Shown here one piece after another: positions 48,516-61,500 of a stretch of 64,000 nt of DNA. The notes below the pieces were generated by a model. The model ran no database searches and was not told where the DNA came from. It saw only the letters and a list, made by a program, of their open reading frames with translations. Both the position numbers and the translations under genes were made by a program. The stretch is from Oopsacas minuta (Eukaryota > Animalia > Porifera): assembly GCA_024704765.1 (NCBI GenBank), contig JAKMXF010000033.1, positions 868,001 to 932,000 of the forward strand, given 5' to 3'. How positions within the stretch are numbered: position 1 is the stretch's first letter; each line of letters opens with the position of its first letter.

Positions 48516-48900
48516 TCCTCAATTGAATATTTAGTGAGAGGAAATACTAGTTTTACTGGTACCAGGAAAATCAATTATTAACGCCATCAAATAGCGTATA
48601 TTTTGATCAATTGGACCGTTTGTGGTACACTGTACTAAGATTCAGAGGTAGACCAATAAATTTCAGGACAATTTCGGTGTCTAAATATAGAGTGAAGTAA
48701 ACAGCAAATATAGCGCAATAGTAATTATAGTAGTCCGTATAAAAATGAGATATAGAGATCGTAAATATAAATAATGTGAGGCAATGATTCATTTGTAAAA
48801 TGCTAACGACAACCAATATCTGCATCTATGTCAGCATGCATCTATACAGAATATGATATATAATTAAGTAAAACTTAAGAAATAGACTAATTTATGGAAG

Positions 48901-49890
48901 TTAAACATGTCCTACTTCCTTAAACGATTTAATTCTCTTGTTAGACATCTTCCTTATTAAAGGGTCCATTAATGCGAGTATGAATCCACTCCCGTAGTGG
49001 TAGAAATAAGTGAGACATAGAATTGGTTGATTGCTCATCCACACTTCATGCATATTGTTACCCATCGCAGTAACTGTAATGCTAGCACAATCTTTACTAC
49101 TCATCCTATTCTGTGCGAGACTGCCTGTAGGAGAAACTCTTTTATCCATGGTACTCTTATCCCTGAATACTTCTTTAGGTGCATCCGTTTGAATCTGTCC
49201 AGGATGAATAATCGTAACTTTAATGTTGTGAGCTGTTGCCTCGTATCTGAGAGTAGTAAAGTAACTCTGGAGTGCAGCTTTAGAAGCTCCGTATGCCGCC
49301 ATTATAGTAGCCGGTATTCTTGCGGAGAGAGAACCTATTACACAAATATGTCCTCTGTTATTCTTAATGAAGTGAGGGAGGATAGCTCGAGTTAAGCTCA
49401 TAGGAGCAATCGTATTTAGCTGAAATAGCTGCTCAACAACTTCAATGTCCATTTCTGAGATCAGACTTCTCTGAGACCTTCCAGCACACAGAACCACTCC
49501 ATCAATCCGATCAACTTGTTCCAGCAGCCGTCTAACTACTTCAGTGTGTTCTGATAGGTCACTCATGTCAAATGGTACTATTACTGGTTTGTTAGGTACA
49601 TTGCTTACTGTTTTATAATTTTCACAAGCTTTAGCTACATTGACCAGTTTATCATAGGTTCTAGCTGATAATATCAATTCACACTTAGCTGCAGCTAATT
49701 GATATACTATATCCTCTCCTATCCCTTGAGAACAACCTATTACCCATATTCTCTGGCCAGCTAAGTTGCCTGATCCTCTCCCTACAAGAGAGTACAACCA
49801 GGAGTACAGGTCTTGTCTCCAACTTGAGAAACCGATAATCGCAAGGAAGGATACCACGGGAACAATTATGTAAATGAAAATGTATAACAT
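48901..49890 (-). CDS. DHRS7: Dehydrogenase/reductase SDR family member 7-like, single exon
   Basis: N-terminal hydrophobic anchor, WVIGCSQGIGE, ILSAR, AGRSQRS and the YGASK active-site motif. Confidence 0.85.
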   Translation of the reverse strand: MLYIFIYIIVPVVSFLAIIGFSSWRQDLYSWLYSLVGRGSGNLAGQRIWVIGCSQGIGEDIVYQLAAAKCELILSARTYDKLVNVAKACENYKTVSNVPNKPVIVPFDMSDLSEHTEVVRRLLEQVDRIDGVVLCAGRSQRSLISEMDIEVVEQLFQLNTIAPMSLTRAILPHFIKNNRGHICVIGSLSARIPATIMAAYGASKAALQSYFTTLRYEATAHNIKVTIIHPGQIQTDAPKEVFRDKSTMDKRVSPTGSLAQNRMSSKDCASITVTAMGNNMHEVWMSNQPILCLTYFYHYGSGFILALMDPLIRKMSNKRIKSFKEVGHV

Positions 49891-50872
49891 TACTTTCTAG
49901 TGTTGAATTAGGATAATAGATTTGTAAAAAATGTCAACCGGCAGTGTAATAATTACAATGAATGCCGGTTATAAGAATATCGTCGGGAACTGGAGATAAT
50001 GTTCTTATAACCGGTTTGTGGTATATTGTAGATGCCGATTATGAGACCCTTCATTTAAACACAGTTGGATGAAGAAACCATATTAAAGAAAGTATTCTCA
50101 TATCTACCATAAATGATGTCTATTCTACAAACATACTGGTAATGAGAATCAATTTTAGTACATCATTAAGAGTGTTCTTATAACTGGCATAATGTATATA
50201 GAGGTATATAGTAACCGTTATCTAGTATGATGTTCTTATAACCGGTAAAAATTCCATGGAGTAGAATACAAGTGAATCCGTAAGTCAAATTGTGGTTCTA
50301 TATCCGGTATCTACTGTATTATTAGTACAGGCAACTCCGCTTAATTCGGACAAATCTCCATTCAATTTAACTTAATGCTATATACTTTCTTTTGCGGTTA
50401 CCTATATCTGATAGAATAATATAAATGAATACAATATTTTTGAAAATACTCTCCATTACAATCTATGCACTTTCTCATTCGTGTAAACCACTTTTCCACT
50501 CTTGTTGGATATCGCTTTGCGAAAAGTTCCCCTTCAGCTCCTCATTAGTTAAAATCTCCTTCCACGTAATTGATCTTCGATCGTAGGTAACTACCTAATC
50601 GATCGTACACAGGAAAATCGGAGCATGTGGTGGGAATGGGACATTACTTCCGCAAATAAAATATAGGTGTCGCACTTGCGCCACCTGTTTACGCCACTGG
50701 CGTAATATATGAGTTACGACACATAAGTATAAGAGTGATAAAAAAACGGATTAGCATAAATTCGTGTACAGATAAATCTCTCTTAGCTGAACGAAAATCA
50801 TATACAACATCTAAAATTTACAATTAGCAAAATACATACAAATAAAAATGATTGATAGAAATAGAAATGACT

Positions 50873-52195
50873 TCATTGGCCTGTAGTCTTCTCCTCACAA
50901 GCATAATCTATACTATCTCCATTATAAGTATAACCAAACAGTAAGTAATCGTCATAGAAGATTTTGTACAATTTCTTACGGAGGATCTGTGGAATATCGC
51001 GGAAATTATCATTACATTTCTCGCGTGTGGCTCTTCTAGGATAGTCTTGGAAATAAATAGGTTCATTTGATTGTTTGTTTTTCTGGAGATAATCAACCAA
51101 GAGTTGTGACTCTTCAATAACCAAATCATGATCTATAATGATGTCAAAATCTACAGCACAAGGATTACATATTGGAGTGGCTGGCCTCCAATGATGATCC
51201 AATGCATCCAAGTTACCCCTGTCAAGAAAGCTAGTCACATATATGATTAACTCTAAAAAGGTAATGTGATAATGACCTGGAGGTAATTTGATTCTCTTTG
51301 CCTGTTTAGCAATTTCTTCTTTTGTGTTCTTGAACTTTTCTGTATATTTGAAATATTGGGAATTATTACCATTCAAATAGATTAAAGAAATAATTTGCTT
51401 TGCGTGTATAGCCGCGAATTCATCATTACTTGGAATCCTAAATTTGCTATAATAGGCTGAGACAAGCCGTTCAAATGGATGTCTATAAATAAAGAACTTA
51501 GTGTATGTCTGCATGCGACGTGCTGTATCTAAGGTCTGATCTAAATACGTAGCTAAACACAATCTTTCCTTTACTTGATCGGGAAATGGTGGCTTTTCAC
51601 CTATCATCAATCCAAATTTTTTTGTCCATGTAAAGGATGATGCTTTTGGTACCAAACAATTCACAACTTCATAATCGTCATTGAATCTAAACCGATATGT
51701 ATCTTCCCCGAGAATGACAGTATAATTAGTTTCAGCAGATAATTTTTTACAGTTTTCTTTAATAGAATATTTACGATCCAAAAACTTAGGATACACTTGT
51801 GTCAAAGGGTGTGCACCTTTACCCTTCATAGTCTTAACGTATTGATCTGTAAGGAATATTTGTCTGCGGTTGACATCAGGTTGTATCAATATTTCGTTAT
51901 TCCAAGATTTTGTGTAATCTATCCAAGATGATGAACTGATGGAAGAAACGGCATAAGCTCCTTCTTCTTTGACTGATGAAGGAATTGAAATATCGATATT
52001 TATGGGATTAGAGAGGGAGCGTATAGATGCATATTTATTAATTAATAAACAGAGGATTAGGAGAGATACGAGTGTCATCACAATATTTCTCCGTTTAGCG
52101 CGTCTTATGAACATCTGTGTTTCTAGTTTATAAAGTAGAATTGTAACACAATAGAACCTAGTTAATGATTGTAATAAACTACTACTTGGATGCAT
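50873..52195 (-). CDS. Carbohydrate sulfotransferase (CHST8-14 / HNK-1ST family, Sulfotransfer_2), type II membrane protein; true start may be MFIRR at 52114
   Basis: Basic tail plus TM helix, CLVPKASSFTWTK (5'-PSB), RHPFERLVSAYYSKF (3'-PB), HHWRP, CNPCAVDFDII and YDDYLLFGY. Confidence 0.85.
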   Translation of the reverse strand: MHPSSSLLQSLTRFYCVTILLYKLETQMFIRRAKRRNIVMTLVSLLILCLLINKYASIRSLSNPINIDISIPSSVKEEGAYAVSSISSSSWIDYTKSWNNEILIQPDVNRRQIFLTDQYVKTMKGKGAHPLTQVYPKFLDRKYSIKENCKKLSAETNYTVILGEDTYRFRFNDDYEVVNCLVPKASSFTWTKKFGLMIGEKPPFPDQVKERLCLATYLDQTLDTARRMQTYTKFFIYRHPFERLVSAYYSKFRIPSNDEFAAIHAKQIISLIYLNGNNSQYFKYTEKFKNTKEEIAKQAKRIKLPPGHYHITFLELIIYVTSFLDRGNLDALDHHWRPATPICNPCAVDFDIIIDHDLVIEESQLLVDYLQKNKQSNEPIYFQDYPRRATREKCNDNFRDIPQILRKKLYKIFYDDYLLFGYTYNGDSIDYACEEKTTGQ

Positions 52196-52500
52196 TAAAT
52201 TCGTTATTTGATACGCAAATCAGAATGAAATAAGATAAGTAGTTTTCTAACCACCAACCTAAGAATAATGTCAATAAGCCCAGATTATGCCCGGGTATAT
52301 TCTGGGCTAGAATATACCTGAGTACGAAGCTGGCTAACCCAGATTATATCCCATTGGGTAAAATCTGTCCTAGCCCAGAATATACCCGTGTATATTCTGG
52401 CCCAGTTTAGATTTTAACCGGGTATATTCTTGTGAGGGTATAATCTGGTCTGTTACACCAGCAATTACTGTGTCGCAATGGTGCACTAAATAGTGATAAT

Positions 52501-52813
52501 CAGGGGTGTAATATAGGAGGAACGGGGGGAGAGGCGCTCCCTCACTTTAACTTGATTATTGTTATTTTATTATAACAAAGGTAGATTAAGTTTTCCGGAG
52601 TTACCCTTCTTTCGTACTCTAGTCAACTCGCTTAATGGGGTAACATCTGCGCCCGAAGAAGGACAACATTATTTGGAAGTATTTTTAGTTTATATTACTC
52701 GTAATGTAGATTACATGTTTCGTTGATAGGAAAAAAGCTTTGTTTTGCCAATTTTTGCGTAATATATTCTTTTATAAGCGCTCCCCAAATAGAAATTTGA
52801 GCACTACACCCTG
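52501..52813. mobile_element. hAT-like MITE
   Basis: Short TIRs caggggtgta / tacaccctg. The 8-bp flanks gtgataat / gtgaacat match at 6 of 8 positions. Confidence 0.45.
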
Positions 52814-53946
52814 GTGAACATGTCAGCATAGTTGTCAGTCTCACGGATCCAAAGTTTGATTCCTGTATTTGAACACTTAGTACATAGGTTTATTATTAAC
52901 TTCTCATTGGATTCATAACGAAATAAACACTACTGCGACATAATGTAGGTAGATATCCTATTAGCCACATGCCCACATCCATTTCATTAAAATTAGCTAC
53001 TAAATTCAACTGATCAGGACGAAATCTCACGGTTAGATTTTTACAATAGTTAACAACTATATACCAGCTAACCATCCATGTATCCTTTCTAGCATAACTA
53101 CTGTTTCCCACATTCATAATCCTAAATTAGTCATCATTTAGTGCAAATTATGCACAGAATTACTCCTGAGCCAAGGCATATACTATAATACAGATAGGAA
53201 AGTAGCAGAGCAACGAATTAAAAAAAGAGGCAATAAATCTCATAGAAGTTAAATCAACCCTCAAAGTTTGTGACTTATTTAGTGTGAATTAGTTAAAACT
53301 AGCTAAAATGTTCAAATGGCCATCGTTCATCCTCGTTTAGGCGCATTCAAATCATGACTTCAAATTTCACATAAATTCTCATCGAAAATTGAATTTTCAT
53401 TCATAAATAACACTGTTAAACGCTGATTTTTCTTCTGTGTTGAATAGAGTTAATGTTATGTTATCAACTATACTGGGGGCATTGATCCCCTGCCCCCATA
53501 GTACGCCCCTGTTAGAAACCCCTATATTCAGTGGCGTAGACAGGGTGGCGCAAGTACAGTGGCGCCACCTGTTTAAACGTTGCGCTGGGTAATGTCATAC
53601 CACCTGCCCAACCCCTGAGCCAGTAGTCTGCCAAGGCTGGCTATGCAACTGCCTATATTATATTTTCTTGAATAGACGTCCATATTGATAGTCAACCACA
53701 CATTCTGTGGCCACCTTCCATTTTACAAGAGACAGCGATCCAAATTTAATGTTTTATATATCAGTGGATAAATATAGAATATATTGGGCCTCTTGTCCAC
53801 CTAAAATTCTCATTCATATCCGTGCATTAGTAGGTATACCTCTAGGTGCTATGCTCCAAGTACGGACATATTATATTGCAAGCAGCCTATATTAAAGATT
53901 TTCAATTACGTACGACGAAGAGATTTAGCCCTAGGGCTCGTTCTTA

Positions 53947-54513
53947 TCTATATTATTAAATCTCAACTGTTATCTGTTTGTTTGTTGGTTTGTCCGTTGT
54001 CAAGGATAGGATTTATAGTATGCTATTTTGAAATTGTGGCATAACTATGTATTTATTGTGTTTATCAAGGAATTAAATAGAATTCAATAAAACTTCACTA
54101 TCTATATATATCGAACATGCTGAATCCGATTTTCACACTTTTTGGATTAATCATATACAAATATATTGTTGGTTTTATGAATATAAAGTAAACAAATTAC
54201 TAAAATCACATAATATACGTACAGGCTTGCTCTAAACGGCTATCCAGGGGTAAGTAAGTACGCTGAATACGAATTTCACAGTTTCAAGTTTCTCATATGT
54301 AAATTTATTGTTGTTTTTACGAATATAAAGTAAACAAATTTCAAAATTGAGGTAGAATCATACTTTCAACGACTGTACTGGAGTAATAGTGTAGGCTTAA
54401 TCTGAATATTGTAAACAACATCAATATTATTAAATCTCTATTGTTGTTTGTCTGTTGAATACCCCGAGGCGGATTGTGCCGAGTTCATCGCGAAGCAACG
54501 AGCCAAAGACTCG
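53947..54513 (+). mobile_element. Non-autonomous Helitron-like element (CTCG-ending variant)
   Basis: A|TCtatattattaaatctcaa start and …gccgagttcatcgcgaagcaacgagccaaagaCTCG|T end. Confidence 0.65.
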
Positions 54514-54546
54514 TATATATGTAAATCCAAATTGTAGAACATAATC

Positions 54547-55257
54547 TCATGTGGATATAAAGATGTCTAAAATTTTGGGTGAAATATAAACTATAGCTAA
54601 AATCAAAATAACAACAATGAATATGAACATATTTCTAGATACACCCTTCACTCTTGACAGAGTCAACAACTTCTTATGAATTTCAACAGTTTGTTCAATA
54701 GTCTGTTCTCTGCTCTTGGAGTTGTTGATAACAAAGTCTGCCATCTTACACTTCACTTTCAGTGGCATCTGTGATCCAATTCTCTCATTAGCCTCTTGCT
54801 CACTAAGCTGGTTTCTTTCCATCAATCTAGTTCTCTGAGTATCTTCATCACAATACACAACTACACATGCATTCATATAAGAGTATAGCTTACCACTTTC
54901 AAACAGGAGAGGAGAATCTAAAATTACATATTTCTTTCCTTTTAAGAAAGCAAGAAATGTCTGCCATAACATTGTCCTCTGTATATAAGGATGTGTAATA
55001 TTGTTTAGTTTCAAGCGAGAGATAGGATCATTGAATATAATATCTCCCATAGCTTTCCTATCCAGGTGTCCATCTGAACACAGAACTACTGTACCGAATT
55101 GAGATACTATCTTTTTCAGAGCAGGCTTCCCAGGTTCCACGACCTCTCGTGCTATAAGATCTGCGTCTACGATAGTAACCTCTCCAAATCTAGCTAGACT
55201 GCTGCTAACAGTACTCTTTCCGGTAGCTATCCCTCCTGTCAGGCCGACAATAATCAT
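54547..55257 (-). CDS. DCAKD: Dephospho-CoA kinase domain-containing protein, single exon
   Basis: VGLTGGIATGKST P-loop, DADLIAREVVEPG, ITHP, LDSPLLFE, RLMERN and SQMPL, plus a C-terminal TM helix. Confidence 0.93.
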   Translation of the reverse strand: MIIVGLTGGIATGKSTVSSSLARFGEVTIVDADLIAREVVEPGKPALKKIVSQFGTVVLCSDGHLDRKAMGDIIFNDPISRLKLNNITHPYIQRTMLWQTFLAFLKGKKYVILDSPLLFESGKLYSYMNACVVVYCDEDTQRTRLMERNQLSEQEANERIGSQMPLKVKCKMADFVINNSKSREQTIEQTVEIHKKLLTLSRVKGVSRNMFIFIVVILILAIVYISPKILDIFIST

Positions 55258-55279
55258 TTCAAATTTTCTATAAAGAGGG

Positions 55280-55281
<2 letters not shown>

Positions 55282-55316
<35 letters not shown>
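55282..55316. repeat. (AT)n microsatellite, 25 bp upstream of the DCAKD start codon
   Basis: An uninterrupted alternating AT run, read directly from the sequence. Confidence 0.95.
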
Positions 55317-55317
<1 letters not shown>

Positions 55318-55680
55318 GTATAGAAATTGACAGGGAAAATATTGATTCTTGCTTGAATGATGATAGATTAATTAATGGTATAGTATGGTTTAATAACGCT
55401 ATACCGCGCCAGAATTGGCAAAAGTTTTTTGCTGGATCTGCAGGGTTGTCGTGGGAAAGGAATTTCAATTCCCATTCGTATTCCCATCCCATTCCCACAG
55501 GATTTCTGTGGGAATCCTATGGGAAATCCCATGGGAATTCTCACGGCAACCCTGTCAGGATTTGATCCGTTTGTGTGAAATGTTTCAAAAGTTGATTATT
55601 ATTATTATTATATAAATTTTAGGATTGTGAAAAAACCTTGCAAGAAAATTCTTAATATCCTCCATTTACCTATCATCATC

Positions 55681-55780
55681 AATATTCATCAATATTCATC
55701 AATATTCATCAATATTCATCAATATTCATCAATATTCATCAATATTCATCAATATTCATCAATATTCATCAATATTCATC
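55681..55780. repeat. Perfect tandem repeat (AATATTCATC) x10
   Basis: Ten identical 10-mers with no spacers. Confidence 0.95.
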
Positions 55781-56060
55781 ACCTATTTCAATATATAATC
55801 ACCCATATTTCTAACAGTTTTAAAAATACTGGCAATTTTCTAAGTGAAAATTTGCCCAAAATATTTGTGTGAAAATTTTCAAAATCGATATTGTGTCATA
55901 TTTTGAAAATTGTAAGTGATATATAGAAGAAGGGTATGTTCTTATTGTTAATGTTTTCTTTGGGGAAAATTTGAGAAAAAAATTTTGTTACGTAATTTAG
56001 AATCAAACGCTAATAGGAACACACCTTAGAAACCTCTAAGGTGGATTTATAAATGAAGTA

Positions 56061-56352
56061 CAGTAGAACCTCCGAGATCCGGACAGTGTGGGACCGGAGG
56101 GTGCCCGGATCTCGGAAATATCATTAACTCCATGGTAGTTACAACCTATAATGTACATATGAGTTCCCTTAGGTATTCGAATTCTGTTATTAAGTTTACA
56201 TACTGTACACAAACGTAATCCAATATGAAATATAGTAACTGAAGTCAACGTTAGTATGAGGAGAATTATATGAAATTGTGAAATTCTTTTGGACAGATAT
56301 AAAATAAGGGTGCCCGGTTGGGGGAGGTGCCCGTATCTTGGAGGTTCGACTG
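56061..56352. mobile_element. Tigger-type MITE
   Basis: TIRs cagtagaacctcc / ggaggttcgactg with TA flanks. Confidence 0.7.
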
Positions 56353-56980
56353 TATATATCTCGAAAATAAATTTTCATATCAATTTGCTCTTAAGTAATA
56401 CAGTATAACTCGGAAAAGACGTACACTCAGTAAGAAGTACAATTTCTGATATCCAAAAAATTAATATCATTCATTATAATACAATACCTATTCGAATAAT
56501 TTTAAGATTGCCTCATCATCAGAGATATCATATCAAAATGTTATATCAGGGAATGGGAAATTGGGTGTATAGTACTGGATACTATACGTAATTAAGCTGA
56601 TTTGGCCATAACATTAATGGTTGTCAAGCTATTGATGAATATTGGCAAAGATTTTATGTCCATGTTCACTACTATGACTCTGGAACGTGCGAATATCTCA
56701 TGACAAATTTCGATATTTCGTTTGGAAACATTTTGAGATCCAATGGAGCATTTTGGGTAATAAAATTGTCTAGTAAGCAAACCTGGTGACGTAATTTCGT
56801 TCTGAAATTTTGTAGATATTGATTGTGTGTATAGTTAAATATTATTAATACATTTAGTCGGGCAATAGTGTACCATTTGAAACTAGTATTATAGGAAATA
56901 ATAGGATTCCCTATATAAATTCATTGGTATGTATCGCTGTCCCTCGTCCCAAATTTCGATGGACTATCATTGCCTTAGTG

Positions 56981-57106
56981 CATTGGTTCTCAACCTGTTT
57001 TCTTCCGCGGACTTCTTTGGTCCATTTTATGGGGTCCGTGGACCCCCTGCCAATAAACATAACGAAAATATTTTTAGGGCCGCGGACCCCAGGTTGAGAA
57101 CCACTG
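56981..57106. mobile_element. hAT (Charlie-type) MITE, 126 bp
   Basis: TIRs cattggttctcaacct / aggttgagaaccactg, with a perfect 8-bp TSD CCTTAGTG at 56973-56980 and 57107-57114. Confidence 0.88.
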
Positions 57107-58529
57107 CCTTAGTGTATAGAACAGGGCCGTAGCCAGAACGTAATGTCAGGGAGTGCTTGGGTATTTCAGGTGTTTATATCTATTTTTGCGGGCAAGACCA
57201 CACAAAGTAACTTAGGGAGAAGGTAAAATTACAAAATTTATAAATAATCAAGACACTCTGGCATTCCATATCTACGCTTAGTATTTGTGAACATTGAGAC
57301 ATTTCAAATGACTGACTAATCTATTTAAATCTCAATAAATCTAATATATATACTATACGGAACCACAAACATGTGGTGATTATAGCCGTCATCAGATATA
57401 AAATGTAATAAACTGGAAGGATTTATTTTATGGTCATATAAAAACTATAATGATAATTTCAATGGTCGCAGTAAAAGCATCATATAATTCAATGTATTTA
57501 GTAGTAAAAGGAATTACATAACTGTAATGTAGTTCCACTTATTAAAAATTTTTCTTAATTTAATATGTAAGAAATAATATCAAAGATAGTAAAGATCAAT
57601 TTAGCTTATCAAAAAAGCTTTACGGGGATTTAATTCAATTACCGGTATATTGTTTGAATTTTGTATTAGAAATTAGAATATATTCAATTGAATTTGAAAT
57701 TTGAAATACCGCTCCCATACTTATAATTAGAGCAGGACATCCCTGCTTACTGCTATTCGGAACCATGGATTACTTGAAGTCCATTAAATTATAGTCAGTG
57801 GTATGGCATTATATAACGAAGGTAACGAATTAATCTTATGATAAATCTATGAATTTGTAACTTCAGACTCTGAAAATCGGAATCTGCACACCCAATTACA
57901 TGCTTTGAATTTACATAGAAAGGTGTGAAAATATGACTAATCACCAAAAAGGTGTGAAATATTCTCTTTAGAAAAAATTCATTAACCAATGTGCAAATAT
58001 CCGACCCAGAATGTATATGTGTACCAATTTTCATGAGAATCGAACTGTTAGATGTCGCACGGGCACGGCGACCTACCTACGTACAAGGCACATCATCCAT
58101 ACCATTAGGGCATCTCCCTATAGGAGCTACATTAATAACTTTATATATATATATCATCAGCTAATACATAATATAAATAGAAGAAACCATTCCTCATATG
58201 GGTTAAAGACGCAAACATTTTTGGTTTAAAATTTAAATTAATCATAGCACGAGGATGCGGCATTGTCGCCATTATAATACAAATCTATGTAAATAACCAG
58301 AAAATATAATTTCTAAAGAAAAAGTAGAACCATTCCCATTCGTTTAGTCAGGTTACGCATAATACAATAGTAAACAGAAGTAAGAATAATCTGTCTTATT
58401 AAACAAACATAACAGCAAACAACGCAACTATGAGCAAGTTACTACACATACAAATGCAGTCACAAGACGACTACCCTATAATATCGCTAATAATATATTG
58501 AAAAGAATGTGAGGAAGTTTCGTATTTGC

Positions 58530-61500
58530 TTAGGTTTTAGGAGAAGATTTCTGCGCTTTTTGTTCGCTTGCCTCTCCCGACCCATCATCTGAGTGCGGAG
58601 AGTAAATCCCTGAGTACTCAGCTACCAGGGGCTTGTTAGGTCGACTGATAGATAGGTCTGTATTCTCTGAACTGGAATCTTCTGGCGTCTTAGTGGGGCT
58701 GACGTCACGAGGACTACGACCGGTGGGCGGAGGAGCCAATGAATTATCTTTCTCTAGAGAAGAAGTAGGGGTATCACTTTGCTCCGACTTCTGAGGACCC
58801 TTATCGTATCCTGGAGGTGTGGATGGACGAGGGAAAGCAGTAGTCTCAATATTGTTAGAATCGGTAATATGATTATCCTTAAGTTCTGCTGGGAGAGCAG
58901 GGACTTTGAATTCGTGACGGATAGGAGGTGGATGGATTCTAGGAGGAGGAACTCTAAATTCGTGGGGCATGTTGGGTGGTCCTCTCATGTGTATAGGAGG
59001 AGGTATTCTAAACCGGTGGTCAGGATGTGGCAGTGAGGGAGGGCGCATATTAGGAAAACGAGGCTGTCTGAATCTTGGGTCAATAGGACCTGGAGGTGGT
59101 GCTCTAAACTCTGGGCTAGGAGGGAACATGGGACGAGGGGGACGATGAGGACGAGGGGGTGCGAAAAACGGAGGAGGATTATGGAACTGTTCAATCTCAT
59201 TTTCACTTTGAGGACGGATATTTAGTCTGGGGTTATGACCGAATTCCTTGGGTAGGTACGGAAACGGACCAGTTGGTGGTACGGGATGTCTTTCAGGAGT
59301 GTTTACGTGTGGAGCAGTTAGTGTAGATATATTTCTTTCGTTAGCATTGTTAATAGATTCAGTAGAATCAGTGCTAGCAGCTGGGGAGGAGGCTGTTATC
59401 ATAGTATGGTCATTAAGTTGATTGACATCAGATGTTATAGGCATATTAAGTAACACAGGAGTGTTAGAGGGCTGAGAATTTGGTATAGGAAGGGGTAGTA
59501 GTCCGACAGAAGGAGGACCAGGAAAACTAGACTGTGTAGGAGGTATAATAGCAGCAGCTGATGGTGTAAGGGGTGGAGGAGGGAAGGTGGGGATCATTGG
59601 AGGGAGAGGCATGAAAATAGGAGGAATATTTGGGTTATACATTTTCTTCTCTGGTACAACCACTCCAGGAGGGAGGGTGTCTGGATCTAAAATGCCTCCT
59701 TCTTGTAACTCGCTCAGATCAATACCTTTATCAGTAACAATACTCCAAGGTAAATATGTTATCCCATGGGTAGAGTCCCAATGCTGCTTAAAGTTATCAT
59801 CCTTAACACCCTTACCAGGAGCATACACTAGCTTAGAATTAATACCTCCTAACTTTATTTCACGCTCTACATTTACTAGCTTATCTGCAGATTCTCTTGT
59901 CTCCATTTCTACGTATGCACAACCACGAGAAGGAATCAAATCGAATGAAACGATGGATCCAAACTCTTCGCATTTCTCTCTTATTATTCTCTCACTATTC
60001 GGAGCTACTTTCTTAACCTGCACCCAAATAGTAGATGATAGGACTGATATACATTTCACCTTAGCGAGAGAAAAGGAATGCTTCTTCTCTTTATCATTCT
60101 CTTTCCTCAGATTAACTTTATGAATTTCCTGTAATTTCTCTCCTTCCTGCTCCTTGACTGAAGAGGAAAATTCAATGGTTTCTAGAGCTTTCCATTTGGA
60201 AGGAGGAGATTGATAAGATGACTCCGTGTCTTTAGTGATACGAGTACGATCTCTCTCTTTGATTTCAGATTCTCTGCGCTTCCGTTTCTCACGAGGAGAT
60301 CTGGATTTATCTCTCCTCTTATTTTTCTCCCTCCTCTCTATAGGGGAGTAGGAATTATGACGCTTACGACGTCGTTCTCTGTCTTTGTCTCGATCAGGAC
60401 TTCTGGAGCGAGATCTATACCGTCTCCGCTCCTCGTATTCATAAGGGGGATCCTTTGAGTCTCTGCGGAATCTTTGTCTCTTCTTGTCTCTCTCTCTCGG
60501 TTCCGGGGGAGGAGACGGGGTGTTACGCCACCGAGAGAATGCTCCTCTTGGAGAGTCAGAATTATCACATATAGGAGAGCTAATGCGAGGACCAGAGGAG
60601 GAGTACACGTCTCTCTCTCGGGTATGATAGACATCCTTGGGAGGATAGTCAGCACGATGGGCAGGGTAGTTGTCTTGCGGGACAGGAGGGCGAGTAGGCG
60701 GAACGAAGTCTGTGTGGGGATGAAATGGGTGACGAGGGGGAGGGAGAGAGAAGGGAGGTCTCTGTTGCTGGGGAGTTATGAATGGAGGAGGAGGAAATAA
60801 GTGACGGGAAGGGAGGCCAGGAGGCAGGGTCGGTAGCATGGGTCTAGGGAAGGCGTGCATAGGTAGACCAGGAGGAGGACGGAGAGAGGGGTCTATCCAG
60901 GGTAGTCTGACAGGAGGGATAGACTGGTTTGGAGGAGGATTCATGGGAATAACATTAGGGATAAAGGAAGGAGGACGAGTCCTCTCAGGAGATTGCTTAG
61001 AAGGTCCTAATTGTATCCGAGATATGGTGGGTATAGAATCTCCTATCTTATCATCATGGATAGGATTAGGTTGTTGATTGGGGTGAATTGGCTGAGGAGG
61101 CTGAAAGGATGGTCTCATTGGCATAGGAAGCTGAGGGGAGACAGAAGTAGGAGAGGAAAAGCGGATTACATTACGCTCAGATAGCTTAGCTACTCTGTTG
61201 CGCTCTTGTGTAACTCTACGCTTCTGCTCTTCAATACGTTCATCTTCTCCCTGATCGTCTCCGTAATCGAAATCATCCAGAAAGGATCGAGTAGTGTCCT
61301 CAAAGATAGGAGGAGAGGGAGTACCTACATCCATGTCTACTCCCCCCTCGTCATCAGATATCTGTTCAATTCTCTCTTTATGAAGTAATTTCCCCGAATG
61401 ACGACTCCTCTTCTCGGACCATGGATCGTGTGAAGATCTCTTGTGAGAGATTTTGTGTTCTCTCTCAAACTCTCTCAGATTTCTCTCCATACGTCGCTGC

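Noticed and set aside
55681-55780. CRISPR-like array, and the 81-aa ORF 55627-55872 with repeated IFINIHQYSS
   Set aside because: The units are adjacent identical 10-mers with no spacers, in a eukaryotic context. The ORF is simply the translated minisatellite.
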